Positions 42,934-53,355 of a stretch of DNA of 64,000 bases are shown in pieces. The stretch's first letter is position 1. Each line of letters opens with the position of its first letter. The translations under genes were made by a program, and so were the position numbers. Origin of the DNA: an uncultured Gammaproteobacteria bacterium. GTDB taxonomy: Bacteria; Patescibacteriota; Microgenomatia; UBA8517. Where the stretch lies: NCBI GenBank assembly GCA_964540475.1, contig CAZIMC010000001.1, positions 345,575-409,574 of the forward strand, written 5' to 3'. The notes below the pieces were generated by a model. That model worked only from the letters and a program-made list of their open reading frames with translations. It had not been told where the DNA came from and did no database searches.

Positions 42934-43833
42934 ATGAAACTAAAAGTTAGTATAGTAATACCAAATTACAACGGCAGAGAGATATTAGAAAAGAATCTTG
43001 CTGGCGTTATGGCTGCCGTTACTGATACTGCTAACAACATACACGAAACGATAGTGGTAGATGATGCTTCGACCGATGATAGTGTGGCTTTCATTAAGGA
43101 TAACTATCCGGAAATTAGACTTATAAAACACCGGATAAACAGGGGATTTGCAAGTAGCGTAAATACAGGTGTGCGCATGGCAAAGGGGGAGCTGGTCGTT
43201 TTACTGAATAGCGATGTGTTCCCAAGTGTAAGATTTTTGGCAAGTACCTTTAGGCATTTCGAAAACGAAAACGTGTTTGGGGTTTCTCTGCACGAAAAAG
43301 GATATGGCCCAGCAAGAGGGGTTTTTAAAGACGGCTTTGTTGGACACGAGTCAATTGAGGAAAGTAATCAGGCAAAAGATACTTTTTGGGTAAGTGGAGG
43401 TAGCGGGATTTTTAGAAGAAACGGGTGGATAAAGTTAGGAGGAATGGACGAGAAATTATTAAGCCCTTTTTATTGGGAAGATTTAGATTTGTGTTACCGT
43501 GCGCAAAAAAGAGGGTATGTATTAATTTGGGAGCCAAAAGCGCTAGTTACACACAAACACGAAACAACAATTGGGAGATTGCCGCAAAAGTATGTAGATA
43601 GAATTAGAGAGAGAAACCAACTTATATTTATTTGGAAAAATCTTACCAGCTCTAGACTATTTAGAAAACATTTAGTTGGGTTGACGAAAAGGAGTATTTT
43701 ACACCCAGGCTACATAAGAATAGTGTTGATGTCATTGTCTAAGGTTGGATTAATCTTGAAAGCTCGAAGAGCCGAAGCCAAAGAGGGTAAAATATCTGAT
43801 GAGACAATATTTCAAAGATTTGTAAGAAAATAG
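42934..43833 (+). CDS. Family 2 glycosyltransferase
   Basis: 'VSIVIPNYNGREIL', 'IVVDDASTDDS' and 'VLLNSDVF' are GT2 motifs. Confidence 0.7.
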   Translation: MKLKVSIVIPNYNGREILEKNLAGVMAAVTDTANNIHETIVVDDASTDDSVAFIKDNYPEIRLIKHRINRGFASSVNTGVRMAKGELVVLLNSDVFPSVRFLASTFRHFENENVFGVSLHEKGYGPARGVFKDGFVGHESIEESNQAKDTFWVSGGSGIFRRNGWIKLGGMDEKLLSPFYWEDLDLCYRAQKRGYVLIWEPKALVTHKHETTIGRLPQKYVDRIRERNQLIFIWKNLTSSRLFRKHLVGLTKRSILHPGYIRIVLMSLSKVGLILKARRAEAKEGKISDETIFQRFVRK

Positions 43834-43835
43834 AA

Positions 43836-46280
43836 ATGAAAGACCTGTCAATAATAATTGTAAATTATAATACTCCCGATTTGGTGCAAGATTGTGTTAG
43901 TTCGATAAAGTCCTCAAAAACAAAACTAAATTACGAAATTATTGTAGTTGATAATGGTTCTGACAAAAGGCCGTCGAAGCTAAAAGACTGTACTCTCATA
44001 GTAAATAAAGAAAATCTGGGATTCGCAAAAGCGAACAATCAAGGGTTAGAAATTGCCAAAGGAAAGCACATACTGGTTCTTAACTCGGATACCCTGGTCG
44101 AAGAAGGAGCGTTAGACATGCTTTTCAGTTTTGCTGAAAATACTGGTGATGCTGGGGTTGTAGGACCGAGACTTTTAAATAAGGATGGATCACTACAGAA
44201 GTCATGCTTTAATTTTCCATCGATTAAAAACGCAATATTGGAGTTTTGGTTTAACAAAAAGGGCGCTTATCAAAAGTTTGCTCCCGAAACAACAAACCCG
44301 GTTGCGGTGGACGCAGTAGTTGGTGCGGCCTTTTTGATAACCCAAAAGGCTAAAAAGCGTGTCGGGAAACTAAACGAGAAATATTTTATGTATTTTGAAG
44401 ACTTGGATTATTGCAGGAAGGTAAAAAAAGCTGGATTAAAAACATATTATTTACCTCAAGCTCAAATTGTTCATTATCACGGAGCAAGCGGAAAGAAACT
44501 TAAGAAAGCTAGCGATCAATGGAAGCGGTTAATCCCTGCTAGTAAAATTTATCATGGCACGGTTAAGCATTACTTGTTGTCTGCGATTATTTGGTCGGGT
44601 CAACGATTTTCCTCATACTTACCCTTCTTTTTGGTATTGGTTATTACCATACCTGCATTTTGGCATTTATTAAAACCAGGCTTTTTCCCCATGCAAGACG
44701 ATCTTCAGGCATTTCGCGTACAGCAGTTGGATAAATGTCTTGACGATCTGCAAATTCCCTGCCGTTGGGTGCCGGATGCGGGTTATCAGTATGGTTACCC
44801 GCAATTTAATTATTATCCCCCATTACCTTATTATGTTGGAGCCATATTGCATAGAGTAGGGCTTCAATATATCGATGTTGTTAAGGTTCTTTTCATATTG
44901 GGATACATTTTTTCAGCATATGCCATATACGTTTTAGTCTCTGAAATTGCAAACAAATGGTCTGGCTTTGTGGTGTCGATTTTGTATACGTATATCCCAT
45001 ACAAGGCGGTAGAAGTTTATGTGAGAGGTGCGCTAAACGAGTTTTGGGCACAAATATTTTTTCCTTTAATACTGTGGTCTATTTATAAAATTGTTAAATC
45101 AGGTAGTAATAAATATTTAATTTTACTAGGAATTTCACTTGCCTTATTGTCAACTACACATTTATTGATGACTTTAATTTTCATACCTGTTACAGCAATT
45201 TGGGCCCTTTACTGGCTAAAAGTAGGAGAAGGGAAGAATCTAAAAAAATTAATATTGGGTGGATTATTAAGTATTGGTCTATCGGCATTTTTTGTTTTTC
45301 CGGTAATTTTCGAAAAAAGGTTTGCCCATGTCGAAAGCATGCTTTCAGGGTATTTTGATTATAGACAACATTTCATTAGCCTATATAAAATGTTTCTATC
45401 AAGAGAATGGGGATATGGCTCATCAGGTTTTCCTGATGAATTGCTGAACCTCTCACTGGGGCTAGTTCAATGGATAGCCGCCTTGGGTGCTACGGTAATT
45501 GCTTTCATAAAATTTCGAGGCGACAGGAAAACTTCTAGTCTTGTACTTCTCTTGTCTGTTACTACGCTTGCAAGCATTTTTATGATGCATATGAAGTCCA
45601 GTTTTATCTGGGCAAATCTTCCGGTTTTATGGTATTTACAGTTTCCCTGGAGATTTCTAGCTGTTAGTATATTTTTAACATGTATCTTGTCTGGGTTTTT
45701 AATTTACTTTATTAAACGGTATAGGTATTTGATTGGCGTATTTCTGATAATATTAGCGTTTGTATTAAATATTTCTTATTTTGTTCCCAAAGATTGGTAT
45801 TATATTTCAGATGAAGAAAAGTTTTCAGGCGTTTTCTGGGAAAAACAATTAACTATAAGTATATTTGACTATCTACCAATATATGCAACGCTCCCTCCCC
45901 CTTCCAAGGCACCTGAATTACCAGAGGTGCTTGAAGGGGAAGTCGTTTTTGAGTCCTACAATAAACGAAGTAATTATCAATATGGGGAAGTAGAGGTTCT
46001 AGAGGAAGCTTTAGTTAGAGTGCCGTTATTCGATTTTCCTGGGATGGTGGTTACGGCGGGTGGAAACAAAATTGTCCATTGGAATGATGAGTGTAGACAT
46101 GAGCCGTATTGCTTAGGCCTTATCACCTTCCGGTTGCCTCCTGGTAAGTATGACTTAAATATAGCCCTTCAGAATACCCCGGTAAGAAGTGTGGGAAACT
46201 TTCTTACAATATTTACCCTTTTGATACTTGTAATATATGCTTACAGACAAAAAAGAAATGAAAAGCTTGCTAACCAATAA
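43836..46280 (+). CDS. Fusion protein: N-terminal GT2 glycosyltransferase + C-terminal family B GT-C membrane domain
   Basis: Residues 1-250 carry 'LSIIIVNYNTPDL', 'IVVDNGSDK', 'LVLNSDT' and 'YFEDLDYC' (GT2). Residues about 270-814 carry 'FFPMQDDLQAFRVQQLDKCLDDLQIPCRWVPDAGYQYGYPQFNYYPPLPYY' and 'FPWRFLAV' (family B) across about 13 TMs. Confidence 0.6.
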   Translation: MKDLSIIIVNYNTPDLVQDCVSSIKSSKTKLNYEIIVVDNGSDKRPSKLKDCTLIVNKENLGFAKANNQGLEIAKGKHILVLNSDTLVEEGALDMLFSFAENTGDAGVVGPRLLNKDGSLQKSCFNFPSIKNAILEFWFNKKGAYQKFAPETTNPVAVDAVVGAAFLITQKAKKRVGKLNEKYFMYFEDLDYCRKVKKAGLKTYYLPQAQIVHYHGASGKKLKKASDQWKRLIPASKIYHGTVKHYLLSAIIWSGQRFSSYLPFFLVLVITIPAFWHLLKPGFFPMQDDLQAFRVQQLDKCLDDLQIPCRWVPDAGYQYGYPQFNYYPPLPYYVGAILHRVGLQYIDVVKVLFILGYIFSAYAIYVLVSEIANKWSGFVVSILYTYIPYKAVEVYVRGALNEFWAQIFFPLILWSIYKIVKSGSNKYLILLGISLALLSTTHLLMTLIFIPVTAIWALYWLKVGEGKNLKKLILGGLLSIGLSAFFVFPVIFEKRFAHVESMLSGYFDYRQHFISLYKMFLSREWGYGSSGFPDELLNLSLGLVQWIAALGATVIAFIKFRGDRKTSSLVLLLSVTTLASIFMMHMKSSFIWANLPVLWYLQFPWRFLAVSIFLTCILSGFLIYFIKRYRYLIGVFLIILAFVLNISYFVPKDWYYISDEEKFSGVFWEKQLTISIFDYLPIYATLPPPSKAPELPEVLEGEVVFESYNKRSNYQYGEVEVLEEALVRVPLFDFPGMVVTAGGNKIVHWNDECRHEPYCLGLITFRLPPGKYDLNIALQNTPVRSVGNFLTIFTLLILVIYAYRQKRNEKLANQ

Positions 46281-47919
46281 CTGGGAAAAGATTTTGTTGA
46301 TACTCCTTGGTCTTACGTTATCATGGCCTATTTTTGTTCGTGGATATTTCTCGCATCATGACGACCTTCAGGTTATAAGAATTTTTGAAATGCGCAACTG
46401 TCTTGTTGATTTGCAAATTCCCTGCCGATGGGTCTCCAATATGGGCAATGGTTATGGTTTTCCTCTGTTTAATTACTATAATCCGCTTCCTTACTATATT
46501 GGTGGTTTGGCAAGTTTCATAACTGGATATGTTAACGCTGCTAAGCTTTTGTTCCTGATACCCGCCGTTTTTTCCGGATTGGCAATGTATTTATTTGTTG
46601 AACAATTGACGAACAAAAAAACCGCAATATTGGCAGGCGCACTATACACACTAGCTCCTTATAGAGCCCTTGATTTATATGTCCGGGGGGCGATTGGGGA
46701 AAGTTTTGCAATACTCATTGTTCCTCTTTTGTTCTATATGAGCCTATTACTAACGAAAGATCCAAAACCAAAACATTTTATTGTTATGACACTTGTGACC
46801 TTTGCCTTTTTAGTGAGTCATAATGTTTCGGTGGTGTTGTGGGCACCTGTTTTTTTAATTTGGTTTATATATCTTGTATATAAATACAAATTGAAAGCTA
46901 TCTGGCCTGTAGTACTTTCGGTATTAATAGGTATCGGTATTTCTTCTTTTTTTGTTATCCCTGCATTTATGGAAAGAGATTTAGTAACGACTGAAAACTT
47001 AATAAGCACGGACTTGGATTTTAGAAATCATTTCGTTTCATATAAACAGCTCCTGTTTGACAGGGAATGGGGTTACGGAGCATCCGTTCCTGGACCGGAA
47101 GATGACATGTCATTTCAGGTTGGCTACCCGCACTGGTTACTGGCTATCCTGGCTCCGGCACTGTTTCTTTTAAAAAGAAAAAATCTTAACGATGGATTAG
47201 CGCCTATCATAACGATATTTACAGCGATTTTCTTATTGTCATTATTCATGACACACAACAAATCTTCATTTGTGTGGGAAAATTTTAGTATATTGCAATT
47301 TGTCCAATTCCCATGGAGATATTTGTCTATCACTATATTTGCATCATCAATCCTCGGGGGGCTAATTGTTTATATGTTAGACAAGCAATTTGCCAAAGCG
47401 ATTATCATAATTCTTTTTATAACAACATTTTTTTTAAACTGGCATTACTTTAAGCCTCAGCTATTTTTCACTGATACGAATGATGTAAGTAAGTTGAGCG
47501 GACGGCAGTGGGATAACCAGATCGAAGGATCAATGTTAGACTATTTACCAAAAGGCGCCATTGAAATGGGAGAAAAGTCATCTGATTATCCACGTCTTCT
47601 TGAGGGCGACGGGGATGTTGCGCCTTTAGTCAAGAAAACAAACAGTTGGCAGGCGGCAGTAAATTTATCCGAAGACGGCAAGATTATTATACCGGTTTAT
47701 GATTTTCCTATATGGCGGGTTAGGCTTAATGGTAAAGAGGTAAACCATAGTACGCATGAAGGGCTAATACTGTTAGATTTGCCCGATGGAGAGAACATGA
47801 TCGATGGGAAATTAGAAAATACTCCCATTCGCACCGTATCGAATGCAATTACACTTTTAAGTCTGGCAGGTTTACCTGCCCTATTAATATATGGAAAAAG
47901 CAGAAAGATTCTTAGATAA
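46237..47919 (+). CDS. GT-C-fold membrane protein, family B paralog
   Basis: 'YFSHHDDLQVIRIFEMRNCLVDLQIPCRWVSNMGNGYGFPLFNYYNPLPYY', 'DREWGYGASVPGPEDDMSF' and 'FPWRYLSI' are close to the C-terminal half of the upstream fusion protein. Confidence 0.5.
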   Translation: MLTDKKEMKSLLTNNWEKILLILLGLTLSWPIFVRGYFSHHDDLQVIRIFEMRNCLVDLQIPCRWVSNMGNGYGFPLFNYYNPLPYYIGGLASFITGYVNAAKLLFLIPAVFSGLAMYLFVEQLTNKKTAILAGALYTLAPYRALDLYVRGAIGESFAILIVPLLFYMSLLLTKDPKPKHFIVMTLVTFAFLVSHNVSVVLWAPVFLIWFIYLVYKYKLKAIWPVVLSVLIGIGISSFFVIPAFMERDLVTTENLISTDLDFRNHFVSYKQLLFDREWGYGASVPGPEDDMSFQVGYPHWLLAILAPALFLLKRKNLNDGLAPIITIFTAIFLLSLFMTHNKSSFVWENFSILQFVQFPWRYLSITIFASSILGGLIVYMLDKQFAKAIIIILFITTFFLNWHYFKPQLFFTDTNDVSKLSGRQWDNQIEGSMLDYLPKGAIEMGEKSSDYPRLLEGDGDVAPLVKKTNSWQAAVNLSEDGKIIIPVYDFPIWRVRLNGKEVNHSTHEGLILLDLPDGENMIDGKLENTPIRTVSNAITLLSLAGLPALLIYGKSRKILR

Positions 47920-49552
47920 GTACATTATAATATTCTTTTTATTACTCACCATTCCGGCTACATGGTCGCTTTTTAAATTCGGATTTTTTGGGGTGTCGGA
48001 TGATTTGCACATAGGCTGGCTTCATCAAATGCATAGAGCAATTAGTATGGGCCAGTTTCCCGCCAGATATGTTCCGGATCTAAGTTACGGTTTTGGTTAC
48101 CCGCTCTTTAATTTTTATGCACCTCTACCATTTTATATCGGCGAAATTTTTCATAATTTGGGTTTTAGTTTGGTTGATAGTATTAAGGCCTTGTTTCTTA
48201 TTAGCCTTCCTCTATCGGGGTACTTTATGTACAAACTACTAAGAGAGTTTGGTAATCCTTTCGTTTCTTTATTTGGAGGACTTTTATATGTTTATACACC
48301 GTACCGAGCAACCGATATTTTTGTTAGGGGAGCGGTGGGGGAGGCGACTGTTTTTATTTTTATACCATTAGTGGTTTTATCATTTATTAAAGTCTTTAAA
48401 AGCCAAAACTTGGATTATAAATCGATTGGATTAGGGGGACTTTCATTGGCACTATTGATAACGTCGCACAATATTACTGCCTTAATCTTATATTCCCTTC
48501 TTATTCCCCTATTTTTAATTTATTTGTATTTTTCCAAACAGCGGCTAATGCATTTTTTATCAACACTTTATGTTTCTTTGCTTGGACTTTTGATAAGCAG
48601 TTTTTTTTGGGTTCCTGCTATTGTTGAAAGTGGGCTAGTAAAATATGACACAGTCTTTAATTATTGGGATCACTTCCCAACATTAAGGCAACTTGTAACT
48701 CCTTATTTTGGTCACGGTGCGTCTGTCCCTGGTCCATATGACTTGATGTCTTTCTATGCGGGAATTGTGAATGTTTCTCTTATTATTGCGGGTACTGTTT
48801 TAGTTTTTAAGATAAATAAGGTTCCAGTTAATATAAGGCCGTTTATGTTCTGGCTGGTACTAATAAGTATGATTTCAGTTTTCTTTATGAACCACCGTTC
48901 GGCATTTCTTTGGGAAAATCTACCATTAATTGCATATTTCCAGTTTCCGTGGAGATTTCTAACAATTATAACTTTTGCCAGTGCTGGTTTGGCTGTTTTA
49001 CTGAGTGTTGTTAAGAAAAACAGAATTTTTTCTGTGATACTGATCTTGGTTGTTATTGGTATAAACTATTCATATTTTAGGCCGGAATCTTTTTTGGGAC
49101 GGACTGATGAATATTACATTGATAGATACATACCTTTTCCCAACGCAAGCGAAGCATATAAGCAAACTGGTGAGGAATATTTAAGATTGCCCCAGGACAC
49201 GCAAATCCGTCCGAGTGAGAATTACCCACGGTTTTATTCTGATCAAATTGAAATTAAAAATATCGAAATAATAAATCCGTTAAATGCCAGAGCGCATGTG
49301 GTATCAAGCGGCGTTGGACTCCTGAATTATAATAAATATAACTATCCCGGTTGGGTTGTTGAGATTAATGGTGTAAATACTCCAATTGAGACCGGGACAC
49401 CATATGGGCAGATTGCAGTTGTAGTTCCAGAAGGAGAACACCTTGTTGAAGTTCGTTTTAGCGAAACCCCTTTTAGGACAGTATTTAATTTTATATCGGT
49501 AAGCGCATTGATTGTTGCGGCAATTTTGATAATCAAAGGAATTCGAAAGTAA
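47891..49552 (+). CDS. GT-C-fold membrane protein, family B paralog
   Basis: 'FFGVSDDLHIGWLHQMHRAISMGQFPARYVPDLSYGFGYPLFNFYAPLPFY', 'GHGASVPGPYDLMSF' and 'FPWRFLTI' are the family B blocks. Confidence 0.5.
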   Translation: MEKAERFLDKYIIIFFLLLTIPATWSLFKFGFFGVSDDLHIGWLHQMHRAISMGQFPARYVPDLSYGFGYPLFNFYAPLPFYIGEIFHNLGFSLVDSIKALFLISLPLSGYFMYKLLREFGNPFVSLFGGLLYVYTPYRATDIFVRGAVGEATVFIFIPLVVLSFIKVFKSQNLDYKSIGLGGLSLALLITSHNITALILYSLLIPLFLIYLYFSKQRLMHFLSTLYVSLLGLLISSFFWVPAIVESGLVKYDTVFNYWDHFPTLRQLVTPYFGHGASVPGPYDLMSFYAGIVNVSLIIAGTVLVFKINKVPVNIRPFMFWLVLISMISVFFMNHRSAFLWENLPLIAYFQFPWRFLTIITFASAGLAVLLSVVKKNRIFSVILILVVIGINYSYFRPESFLGRTDEYYIDRYIPFPNASEAYKQTGEEYLRLPQDTQIRPSENYPRFYSDQIEIKNIEIINPLNARAHVVSSGVGLLNYNKYNYPGWVVEINGVNTPIETGTPYGQIAVVVPEGEHLVEVRFSETPFRTVFNFISVSALIVAAILIIKGIRK

Positions 49553-51537
49553 TGGATGCGAGTATGATTTGGGATATCGGTAAGTTCATATTGTTTATTC
49601 TGTTGGTTTTTTTAGTTCCGGGAAGCGTTTTAATAAAAAATTCTTCAAATAAATACCTACTTTCAACTGTTTTTACTTCTATATGTGTGGGTCTGGTGGC
49701 ATTTACCGCAGCTTCACTGCTTGGGGGATACCTTAATTTCAGGCATTTAAACTTACTTGTAACAGTTCTATTTTTTTTGTTTTTTATATTTACCAACAAA
49801 GAAAGATTAGGCACAAGGGTCACTCCATTAGTAGAACTTATAAAGAAAAAGCATTTGTGCTGGTTGTTTGCAATAATTCTACTAGGTACGGTATTTCAAA
49901 ATAATACAACCTTTCGTTCTGGGACTATTTATGATTTTGGTGTAGGTTATTGGGGACCTCTTGCAAGAGATGGTGTGTGGCATGAGGCACTTACAAACGA
50001 GCTTGTTGCAAAATTCCCTCCGGATAATCCTGGTCTATCTAGCGAAAGGCTAGTTAATTACCACTATCTTTATAACTTGTTGGTTGCTGAGACTCATAAA
50101 TTTTCCGGTATATCAATTCCCGATCTAATTTATAGGTTATACCCGATATTATTTTCTATCCTGCTGGGGATCGGGACATATGTGCTCTCAATAAAGCTTT
50201 TTAAGAAGAGAGTAGTATCTCTGTTTGCCGTTTTCTTTGCATATTTCGGCAGTAGTTTTGGTTGGATAGTGGAATACATTCGTAGCGGGGCGCTGGGCGG
50301 TGAATCGACGTTTTGGGCGAATCAACCAGTGTCTTTTAATTTAAACCCTCCTTTTGCAGTATCCTTAGTTTTACTCATTAGTCTTGCTTACCTATTTTTA
50401 CAACTTAAGTTTAAGAGAAAAGGGATTTATTTGTCATTCATCATGATTGGTTCACTTTTGATTGGGTTCAAAGTTTATGCAGGATTAATTTTTATAGGTG
50501 CATTGGCGGCAATTTCCTTGGAGGCGTTAATTTTTAAGAAAAGATTGCTTTATTTAAAATTATTAATAGTCATACTCCCATTAACATTTTTGATATTTGC
50601 TTTGCAGTCGCCTTTCGCAGGGGGGCTTATCGAATTCAGGCCATTTTGGTTTGTTGACTCTATGATGGATTTTGGTGACAGGGTGGGATGGCTTAGGATA
50701 TCGATGGCCAGAGATGCATATTTTGAAGAAGACAGATGGATTAAATATCTAAGCGTTGAGTCCTTGTCATTTGCAATATTTGTAATCGGGAATATGGGAA
50801 CACGTATTATCGGGCTTATACCTGCTCTTGGGATCTGGTGGAAATCCTTATTCAAGCTTAATGGTTTTTGCTTAATATTTTGGATGAGTTTAATAGCATT
50901 TGCGCTTCCTTTAATATTTGTGCAAAAAGGAAATCCTTGGAACACAATTCAATTTTTTTATTACTTCCTGTATTTTTCAGCACTTTTCGCAGGATACTCG
51001 CTCTATGTGATTTCAAAAAAGTTACCCCGTAATTTAGGATTAATTTGTGTGGTATTTATACTGCTTGTTACACCAATAAGCTCAGTCGGAACATTCAGGT
51101 CGGGATTTAACCCAACCCCACCCGCAAGTATTAGTGGGTATGAATATGAGGCTTTGAAATTTCTATCAAACCAGAAAAGGGGCGCGGTATTAACTTACCC
51201 CTACAAAGCCGGTTTAAGAGAAAAATTTGATGAGCCCTTTCCTTTGTGGGCATATTCCCCCAGCACCTATGTATCCGCCGTTTCCGGTCAGCCTGTATTT
51301 CTTGAGGACATTGAGCAGCAAACCATATTGCAGTATGACTTTAAATCCCGAGAAAACCAGAGTGTAAAATTTTTTACCGAGGCAGATATTGCCTGGTCAA
51401 CGCGGTTTTTATATGGCAATGCTATTGAATATGTCTATATTCCTGAGTTTTTTAAGCTGCCAAAAGAAGAGGAAGCATACCCTATGATAAAAATATTTGA
51501 AAATTCAGAAGCTGATTTGTACAGAGTTGTGCGCTAG
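49552..51537 (+). CDS. Polytopic membrane protein with C-terminal soluble domain, putative GT-C glycosyltransferase
   Basis: This 661-aa ORF has about 13 TMs and a ~170-aa extracytoplasmic C-terminal domain. I recognise no specific family motif. Confidence 0.4.
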   Translation: MDASMIWDIGKFILFILLVFLVPGSVLIKNSSNKYLLSTVFTSICVGLVAFTAASLLGGYLNFRHLNLLVTVLFFLFFIFTNKERLGTRVTPLVELIKKKHLCWLFAIILLGTVFQNNTTFRSGTIYDFGVGYWGPLARDGVWHEALTNELVAKFPPDNPGLSSERLVNYHYLYNLLVAETHKFSGISIPDLIYRLYPILFSILLGIGTYVLSIKLFKKRVVSLFAVFFAYFGSSFGWIVEYIRSGALGGESTFWANQPVSFNLNPPFAVSLVLLISLAYLFLQLKFKRKGIYLSFIMIGSLLIGFKVYAGLIFIGALAAISLEALIFKKRLLYLKLLIVILPLTFLIFALQSPFAGGLIEFRPFWFVDSMMDFGDRVGWLRISMARDAYFEEDRWIKYLSVESLSFAIFVIGNMGTRIIGLIPALGIWWKSLFKLNGFCLIFWMSLIAFALPLIFVQKGNPWNTIQFFYYFLYFSALFAGYSLYVISKKLPRNLGLICVVFILLVTPISSVGTFRSGFNPTPPASISGYEYEALKFLSNQKRGAVLTYPYKAGLREKFDEPFPLWAYSPSTYVSAVSGQPVFLEDIEQQTILQYDFKSRENQSVKFFTEADIAWSTRFLYGNAIEYVYIPEFFKLPKEEEAYPMIKIFENSEADLYRVVR

Positions 51538-51546
51538 ATAGTTAAT

Positions 51547-52746
51547 ATGAAAAAACTGTTAGTTTTGGCAATCCTAATTAGGATACTTTTGATGCCTTTT
51601 GTTTTTCATCCAGATATAAAAACATACCATTTTCAATCCTCTTTTTTAAGGGAAGGTGTTATTAACATCTATCCTTATCTGATAGAGAATAGAGAGAGGT
51701 TGCCATTCAAGGAAGAGTTTGTTTATTTCCCTTTAACATATTTCTTTTTAGGAACATATCAGGCATTAGCCTTGCCATTTTTGGGGAATGGTTTTAATTC
51801 CTGGCTTTTTGATGCATCTCAACGTGTTGTTTCTAACCCTAATATTTTTAGATATCTATTTATTCTCAAGCTCCCTTATCTATTAATTGATGTTTTAATA
51901 GCCTTTCTACTAACTAAATTCTTTAAAGACAAAAAGCTCAAAAATGAAGCCTTCACTCTCTGGCTATTTAATCCGTTCACGATAGTGCTTATATACTTTT
52001 TTAGTAATGTTGACATTATTCCCGTCTTATTAATCCTAGTCACAATAATTTTGCTTAACAGAAATAAAATAATTGGGGCGGCATCTACTCTGGCGTTAGC
52101 AACGATGTTTAAAGCTTTCCCCTTAGTTTTATTTCCCTATTATGTGGTCAAACTTACTGGCATTAAAAAGATGGTTACGATAATAATTTTATTTTCAACA
52201 ATCGTTTTTGTTTTTCTAGCCCTTTTCTGGTCGCAAAATTTTGTCGATTCGGCTTTAGTTTCAGGTTTAACGACTAGAGTTTTGAATAACTCAGGTAACT
52301 TATTTGTTGTAAAGCTAATATCGCCCACTACTTTGGGCCTTTCACTGGTCGGATTACTATATTTGAAAAACAGAAAAAAAGTACAATTATGGGAAATAAC
52401 CTTGGTAGTTTTTTTGGTAATGCTCATCTTTATTCGCATACACGTTCAGTGGCTTTTGTGGATTGCGCCGTTTCTAGTTTTATTTTATGTCAACAATAAA
52501 AAACATCTGATACCTGTTATTTTAGTTTCTGTTTTTTCTATCCTCATACCACTTACCTATAACGATCGTTTTATGAATTTTGCGTTACTGGGGCCAATAA
52601 GTGATCTGAGTTTTCAATTGCCTACCATATACACAGCAATCCAGAAGGTTGGGGATCCGTTAATATTTCGAAAGATATTTCAGGGCATACTTATTTTAAA
52701 CACTGCTTTCGTAAGTTATGTTATGTTATTCAATAAAAAGTCATGA
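51547..52746 (+). CDS. Polytopic membrane protein (DUF2029/GT87-like?)
   Basis: This 399-aa ORF has about 11 TMs. Its first loop 'HPDIKTYHFQSSFLREGVINIYPY' and overall layout resemble the PIG-M/GT87 mannosyltransferase-like superfamily. The call is weak. Confidence 0.4.
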   Translation: MKKLLVLAILIRILLMPFVFHPDIKTYHFQSSFLREGVINIYPYLIENRERLPFKEEFVYFPLTYFFLGTYQALALPFLGNGFNSWLFDASQRVVSNPNIFRYLFILKLPYLLIDVLIAFLLTKFFKDKKLKNEAFTLWLFNPFTIVLIYFFSNVDIIPVLLILVTIILLNRNKIIGAASTLALATMFKAFPLVLFPYYVVKLTGIKKMVTIIILFSTIVFVFLALFWSQNFVDSALVSGLTTRVLNNSGNLFVVKLISPTTLGLSLVGLLYLKNRKKVQLWEITLVVFLVMLIFIRIHVQWLLWIAPFLVLFYVNNKKHLIPVILVSVFSILIPLTYNDRFMNFALLGPISDLSFQLPTIYTAIQKVGDPLIFRKIFQGILILNTAFVSYVMLFNKKS

Positions 52747-53354
52747 GATATTTGATTGCTAGTTCTTTACTCTTAATACTGCTTCTTTTGTCTTGGCCAG
52801 TCGTATTGTCTATCGTTGTACCAAGGATTCCTCAAAATGTGCAACCTGGACTAGACAGAACCGAGTATGTGCACAGTGAAAACATGATCGAATTCACTGT
52901 TGTTTCGGAGGTAAACAACCTTTCCGCAATTGGAGTTAGTGTTAAAAACCCTCAGTTATTAAACAAAAAAGATCTAATCTTAAGCATCCGTGATGAAAAC
53001 GGAAACTCCATTGCGACCAGTGTTCTAAACGGCAGTGTGATATCGGATGGAGATTTAGTTAAATTTAAATTTGATCCAATTCCAGATTCTGCTAACAAAT
53101 ATTATAAAATGACCTTTTCTTCTCCCGAATCAACACCCCCTGATTCGTTTCAGATTTTTTTAACACACGACCTAGTACCAAGTTTTATTTTATATACAAC
53201 ACCGGAAAAAAGACTAAGTCTTGCTAAAAATATATACAAGGGATGGTTAGATCATTTATTGGCTGATAAAACATTTACAGTAGCTTATACTTTGTTGATA
53301 CTTTGCGGTCTAATGTTACTTTTACGTTATCACTTGACTGAAAAACAAAACTAG
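52743..53354 (+). CDS. Hypothetical protein with N-terminal TM anchor and extracytoplasmic domain
   Basis: This 203-aa ORF overlaps the upstream stop. It has the TM 'LIASSLLLILLLLSWPVVLSIVV' and a C-terminal second hydrophobic segment. Confidence 0.35.
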   Translation: MRYLIASSLLLILLLLSWPVVLSIVVPRIPQNVQPGLDRTEYVHSENMIEFTVVSEVNNLSAIGVSVKNPQLLNKKDLILSIRDENGNSIATSVLNGSVISDGDLVKFKFDPIPDSANKYYKMTFSSPESTPPDSFQIFLTHDLVPSFILYTTPEKRLSLAKNIYKGWLDHLLADKTFTVAYTLLILCGLMLLLRYHLTEKQN

Positions 53355-53355
53355 A

